A stretch of DNA of 64,000 bases. It comes from Penicillus capitatus. Taxonomy: Eukaryota > Plantae > Chlorophyta. Within the stretch, counting starts at the first letter, position 1. Each line of letters begins with the position of its first letter. Made by a program: the position numbers and the translations under genes. Location: NCBI GenBank assembly GCA_965649825.1, contig OZ287711.1, positions 169,201 to 233,200 on the forward strand, written 5' to 3'. The notes under the pieces were generated by a model. The model was not told where the DNA came from. It made no database searches and worked only from the letters and a program-made list of their open reading frames with translations. Of the stretch, positions 60,009-64,000 are shown piece by piece.

Positions 60009-63000
60009 ATGGTCGCGCGTCCTATCCTCCTTCTCTTACTGTCCCTTGCGGTCAACGCCGTTCCGATGCTCCACGATGCGCACCCAATGATGCATCCGTC
60101 CAGAGCGCTCAAAAGTACCCCCGTCGACAGCGCCCTGCCGCGCGCACCCCATCGACGGCGTTTTGCAGGTGGCTGCGTACCGCCGGCCTGTATCGAAGGC
60201 GTGGTCAAGTGGGATAGCAGAGGTACGCTTGGAACGCGTGGGGGCTGTCGTCGCATCCGTCCGTGGTGTGGCAGATGAGACAGAGGCGAACGCGAAGAAT
60301 ATCCCGATCCAACGCGGGGTCGATTTGCTAGGCAGCACCTACAAAACATTCCACGATATCCAGATGCACTGTGACTGTTATCACAAATGCCATGCCGACA
60401 GCGGTAGGCCTCGCCGCCTCCTGGCTGTCCTGTTCCATCGGGCGTTGTTGTGCAGCGTGTCGTGCGTGGGTCTATCAGGAGCGGCTTAAGGAGTGCTACC
60501 TCAAGCAGAAGAGCTGCGATCAGTTGCCGCGAGGGAGGTGCAAGAGCTGTGTCGCTTCAGCCAAGCGCAGCGGATCCTCTGGGCGTTTTATCCTCTGCCC
60601 TGACAGTAACGAGACGTCTGACATGTGGCGGCGGCGGACCATGCTTGTGTGATGTGACAGTTCCGCAGGCGGCGCCGTCAGTGCCGATGGGCTGTCGGAT
60701 GGAAGAGACCGTCACCACGGTCTTCTTTCGACGCGTGACGCGAAGATGGGTGGCGGCGCCCGGAATGTGGATGCCACACTACATGTCCAAACAGGTTTGT
60801 ACCATAAAGGAAGGCTACGACCAGCCTGCCGAATTCAATCTCACCCAACCGCTCTATCTCGAGCATCCCTTCGAATGCTGCAACGCATGCCTGCTCAAGA
60901 ACGGTACGCCGCTCGTCGCTGCCTTCGTGGCGCTAGATGGCTGGTGTTAGGCACTTGTCAGTCGTGGGTCTATAATCGAGCGACGCGGGAATGTTTTCTC
61001 AAGAAAGACTATGACGAATCGCGGAACACGATTCCGTGCGCGACGTGTGTGGCCTATCACGAATCGAGTGAGGACTACGTGTATCAAGAGAAGAAGCTGG
61101 AGGAGATCGTGATCGAACCGCAAGCGGCAAAGTGGACATCGGAGCTCTTCGGTGGCGACTGGGCTAGATGGACCGGAACACAGCAGTGCCGGTTCGCGGT
61201 AGGGCACGACTATCCAAAGGCCCCCAACCTATTCGATCGCCCCCTCTTTCTCGACGCCGCCTTCAAGTGCTGCAACGCTTGTCTTCAAGAACCAAGCACG
61301 CCGTGACCGTGATGCCGAGGGGGAGATGTGAGTGGCGGTGTGGATGCAGGTTGTGCGTCGTGGGTGTGGATGGCGACGAAGCACGAATGCTTTTTGAAAT
61401 CGGCCCGGTCGACGCAGAGCGATTCAGAGCCGTGCGCGGATTGCGTCGCCGATGATCTCGACGGCGATTATTTTCTTTACGTCTACGATCGTGCCGGACG
61501 CAAGTGGCCGTCGACAACGGAGGCAGTGAAGCCGAAGGATCGATCGTGGGCGTCCGAGCGGCGACCGTGGATGCCGCCAGAGGTGGCGCGTGAAATGTGT
61601 CGCGTATCTTATGGATACGATCAGCCTGCCGAGTTTGATATGCTCAAGAAGCCCCTCATCTTACCCTTCCCTTTTATGTGCTGCGACGAATGCGCCAAAA
61701 CGGATCGTAAGCGTCGTGGCATCGAGGGCCGTGGAGATGTTGTTGAGTAGGTTGCCGGTCGTGGGTTTACAAGAGCTCGACGCACGAATGCTTCTTCAAG
61801 TTTCGTTACGTGGCGGCGGCGGCGGCGGCGCGGATTCCGTGTGCGGATTGCATTGGCTATGACGCCGAAGCGCGCGCACCGGATCACGTGTTTCACAATA
61901 CGACGACGATGCATATCACCATCACCACCATCTTCACCTCCGCAGCAGATCCACACAACTGGACGGCGACGCGCTATGGAGAAGAGACCGAATGGCGGCC
62001 GGCAGATGAGACGATTCCTGGGAATTATGTCGAAGGCTTCGACCAGCCGTCGGAATTTGATTTGGGGAACTCACCTTATGTTCTGAACGAAGCGGGAAAG
62101 TGCCGCTACCTATGCCGCAAAACGCCAAGTGCGCCGCCCGCTGTGTGTGCCGATATCCAAGTCACGTGGATGATGATTAGAATGTGTCGCGTGGGTGTGG
62201 CGAGCCAATCTTCATCAATGCTACCTGAAGAACGACTACGATCCCTATCGCAGCGCGATCGATCCTTGCGACGATTGCGTGGCGCACGCCACCAAAGGAA
62301 ATTATTATTTGCTATGGACGCCGCGTGGGGATTCCAAATTTCAGCCTTACAGTCGTCTGATCGAGAAAGAGGCGGCGGCGGCTCGATGTGCTTATACAAC
62401 AGGCATGGATCAGCCAGCGAAATACGATCTTCATGATACGCCCCTGACGAAAGATAGCGCATTCCTCTGCTGCAACGCCTGCTACGAAGAGCCATGTATG
62501 GATGTCGTTGTTGTTAGGTCTTACCTAAGGGGCGTGCGTTTGTGCAGTGTGCAAATCGTGGGTCTGGCATTTCAAGTCGGGTGACTGTCGCCTGAAGAGC
62601 GCGTATTTTGCCGATGATCCAAGGGAGCCGTGCGCGGATTGTGTCGCCTACGAATCCGCCGCCACTCAGTTTGCTTACATTCCGGTTCAAGAGCTGTCGA
62701 AAGAAGAGAATTTGACAGAAGCGCAGCAGCCAGTGTTGGGAAGCGGCGAGAGCTGGGCAGTGTCGAACGGAACAGAACAGTGTCGTTTTGTTCAGGGACT
62801 GGATCTGTCGGATCAATATGATCTGTTAGAGGGTCCAAGCGAATCTGCTTTTGGCTGCTGCGATATGTGTGACACGATAGAAGGTCATTGCCCGCCGCCT
62901 TGGGCCGGAGGTATGAGGGGTGGTGTGTAGGGTGTGAGGCATGGGTGTGGTACAGGGAATCCAAGAGATGCCGTTTGACGTCTCGTGCAGATTTTGGATC

Positions 63001-64000
63001 TGAACCCATAGAATGCGCAGATTGCATTGCCTCCAGCCCAGCTGGAAGGTTTTTTCTATTTTCATCGCCTACGGTTAGAGAACGAGAGATCACGTCGCTG
63101 GGGGATGCCTGTCGATGTACGAAAGCGAATTATGTGCCAGATGCTTATCCAAAGCGTTTTCTGGTCGAAGTGTGCAGTCCATTGGATTGCTGCAATGCGT
63201 GTAGTTTAGCATGCGGTAGGTTTGGTTTATTTGTGGCTGTTGGTGATATGCTTCTGGATAGGTTGCAATGGTTGGGTATTTCGGAACTCAACAGGGGAAT
63301 GTTTTATTAAAATGCCTGATGTTGTAGTCAACAGTGAGAAACTCTGTGACGACTGTGTGCAGTATGATGCAAATGGAGAAGGACAGTGCAATTTTGACCC
63401 TCCTCGGCTAAAGGAGCCTAGAATACCAAGTCCCAGCCCCAGCCCTAGTCCCAGCCCCAGCCCTAGTCCCAGCCCCAGCCCCAGCCCCAGCCCTAGTCCC
63501 AGTTCGATTCCCAGTCCAAGCCCAAGCCAGACTGGTCCATCGAAACCAAATCTTCCCGTCGAGACGCCTTCTCCATCTCCCATTCCAGTCGAGACGCCTT
63601 CTCCATCTCCTATTCCAGTCGAGACGCCTTCTCCATCTCCCATTCCAGTCGAGACGCCTTCTCCATCTCCTATTCCAGTCGAGACCCCTTCTCCATCTCC
63701 GAGTCCCGTCGAGACGCCTTCTCCATCTCCTATTCCAGTCGAGACCCCTTCTCCATCTCCGAGTCCCGTCGAGACGCCTTCTCCATCTCCTATTCCAGTC
63801 GAGACCCCTTCTCCATCTCCGAGTCCCGTCGAGACGCCTTCTCCATCTCCCATTCCAGTCGAGACCCCTTCTCCATCTCCGAGTCCCGTCGAGACGCCTT
63901 CTCCATCTCCCATTCCAGTCGAGACGCCTTCTCCATCTCCCAGCCCGGTTTTGGAGAAGCTGAACTCTACGGGCACATTTCAGACAAAAGGCAAAGAAGC
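60009..64000 (+). CDS. Second secreted PAN/apple-repeat protein (8 domains, then Ser-Pro-rich stalk); runs off the window
   Basis: [17 protein letters not shown] signal peptide; same split PAN consensus and phase-1 introns as the 41.8-55.2 kb gene; (SP)n and [10 protein letters not shown] repeats. Confidence 0.85.
63558..63947 (+). repeat. 30-bp coding tandem repeat (VETPSPSP[I/S]P) x13, preceded by (SP)n
   Basis: GTCGAGAC[G/C]CCTTCTCCATCTCC units. Confidence 0.95.

Noticed and set aside
63227-63976. 249-aa GDGEGVSTG-repeat ORF on the minus strand
   Set aside because: Shadow of the plus-strand [10 protein letters not shown] stalk, which continues in frame from the last PAN exon.

Overview
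Eukaryotic DNA, most likely from a green alga (RAF1, chlorophyll b reductase NOL, plastid-type NAGK, phytepsin; mostly short introns; standard genetic code). Three zones. (1) 1-28.8 kb is accessory and TE-rich: a patatin gene; a deleted Ty3/Gypsy element A (8006-11665) carrying a solo LTR and a TSD-flanked ORF1-only LINE retrocopy; a LINE (12241-22049) interrupted by a young Ty3/Gypsy element B (14226-18987); an orphan repeat-rich ORF; a repeat family whose copies differ by an apparent inversion between 16-bp inverted repeats; a truncated ENT gene; and stray fragments of the giant PAN gene. (2) 28.8-37.7 kb and 55.4-59.7 kb are ultra-compact housekeeping blocks (NOL, phytepsin, RAF1, MCCB, NAGK, COX7a-like; TRM5, RAP-domain protein), with three head-to-head pairs only 39-52 bp apart. 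(3) 41.8-64 kb holds two divergent secreted PAN/apple-repeat genes (21 and at least 8 domains), every domain split by a phase-1 intron at the same position. The most striking signal is that both LTR elements encode a signal-peptide/transmembrane segment fused to Gag-Pol and share identical PBS and PPT motifs despite unrelated LTRs, suggesting a lineage with a membrane-anchored Gag. Family assignments come from motif recognition only; no database search was run.
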